A DNA stretch of 58,602 bases, counting the filler, from Sphacelaria rigidula (lineage: Eukaryota), in the NCBI GenBank assembly GCA_964200075.2. It is 8 parts of 8 records of this genome, joined end to end, with 100 filler letters (N's around TTAATTAATTAA, not from the genome) between each part and the next. Parts side by side here need not be neighbours in the genome. Positions count along the whole stretch, not along the records: positions 51,366 to 58,602 come from CAXNAA020015822.1; 7 more parts are not named here. One strand, given 5' to 3'. Each line of letters starts with the position of its first letter. The first letter of the stretch is position 1. Shown here one piece after another: positions 57,654 through 58,602 of this stretch. Position numbers and translations under genes: made by a program. The notes beneath the pieces are model-generated. The model made no database searches. It had not been told where the DNA came from and was given only the letters and a program-made list of their open reading frames with translations.

Positions 57654-58602
57654 GGCGCGCGCGCGCGTGCGTGTGGGCGTGCGTGTTTCGTGCAGTGGGA
57701 TGTGAAAGAGAAGCGGGCCATGTGCAGTGCAGTTGTGCAATACATGTTTTCCTCGTATTTTTGTCCAGAGGCCGCTCTCAAGATCTCTGACCCAAACGAA
57801 TCCGAAAAGTGGGCTGGGCTCCTCTCGGTGGGATGATACAAAGTGCCCGAGACGTGTCGTGGCGATTTTCCCTGTTTGGGGATCAAAAACCTTGTCAAAT
57901 GTCCTAAAAGTGGAAAATACAAGCCAAACAAAATACGAACCGGAAGAAACGGCCTACAGGCTGGTTCACTCTCATCACCCAAAACACACTCATCGGCAAA
58001 ACTTCTCGCCGTTTTGAGGAATTAGACTCTGAAATTTTGCACGAGATTTTTATGGGTCATTATGCAACTTTGCAGGATTTTTATTTTTTTTTACTTTTTG
58101 ATCGTTTTTCCGGGGTCCCAGCTTTGGGGGAAACCTCGACTCAATCGGACCCCCGTAAAACGGTAACAAAAACAGTAATAAAAACCCGTTTCTGCAGTCA
58201 TGTCCCAAAGCACAGTTGTGCAAAATTTCAGCGTCTAACTCCTTATAACTGCGTGAAGTTTTTGGTTTTTGTGCGATGAAGTTTGCCGTACCGCGGTGAA
58301 ACCGTAAACTACTTGATTATAGTACCAAAACGGCGTTTTTCGGCCTTCTTCGACGTGAACATGGAAATTCAAGCATCAGTTGATCGAGTTTTGCGACGAA
58401 AATTTGTGGAGCCTATCCTTGGGTTATGCGGAGGCAGATGACTCGCGAAAAACTGAAAAAATACATCGTAGGGCCGCATTTCCGGGGTCCCAGAATGGAG
58501 ACTACTGCGAAAAACGACTTCGATCCCGTCGGACCCCCGAAAAACGGTGAAAAACTCAAGAAGAGCAAAAAACACCGTCCGCAGAAAGTTGCGTAATGAT
58601 AC

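Noticed and set aside
57398-57982. ORFs with CVCVCV / HTHTHT runs
   Set aside because: Translations of the (TG)n microsatellite.

Overview
Repeat-rich eukaryotic genomic DNA, most consistent with a brown alga or related stramenopile (inferred from GT-AG intron structure, the Ty1/copia types and the style of the PPR protein). It is not one locus. Eight unrelated contigs of near-identical length (7,237-7,239 bp) are joined by artificial 100-bp N44-TTAATTAATTAA-N44 linkers, so adjacency across the gaps carries no meaning. Three host genes are supported: a long single-exon P-class PPR gene (40078-42960, -), four exons of a double-thioredoxin protein whose linker has three CEGGVCxLVRKK dithiol motifs (30131-32622, -), and two exons of a pre-SET/SET lysine methyltransferase (27436-28098, +). 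Most other recognisable sequence is mobile DNA. There are three defective Ty1/copia elements: one with its integrase inverted against gag-protease, one interrupted by a SINE, and one lacking integrase but carrying a 148-bp tandem array in its leader. There is also a Ty3/gypsy remnant whose Pol appears to end in chromo plus Tudor-like domains, a tRNA-derived SINE family, LINE 3' ends with AAAGTGCGAC(AATC)n tails, recurrent LINE/antisense-SINE chimeras, nested MITE/foldback elements, and several hairpins and minisatellites. The best candidates for undescribed biology are the Trx-(CEGGVC)3-Trx redox relay protein, the Tudor-tailed gypsy integrase and the LINE/antisense-SINE chimeras. All coordinates and alignments were read by eye.
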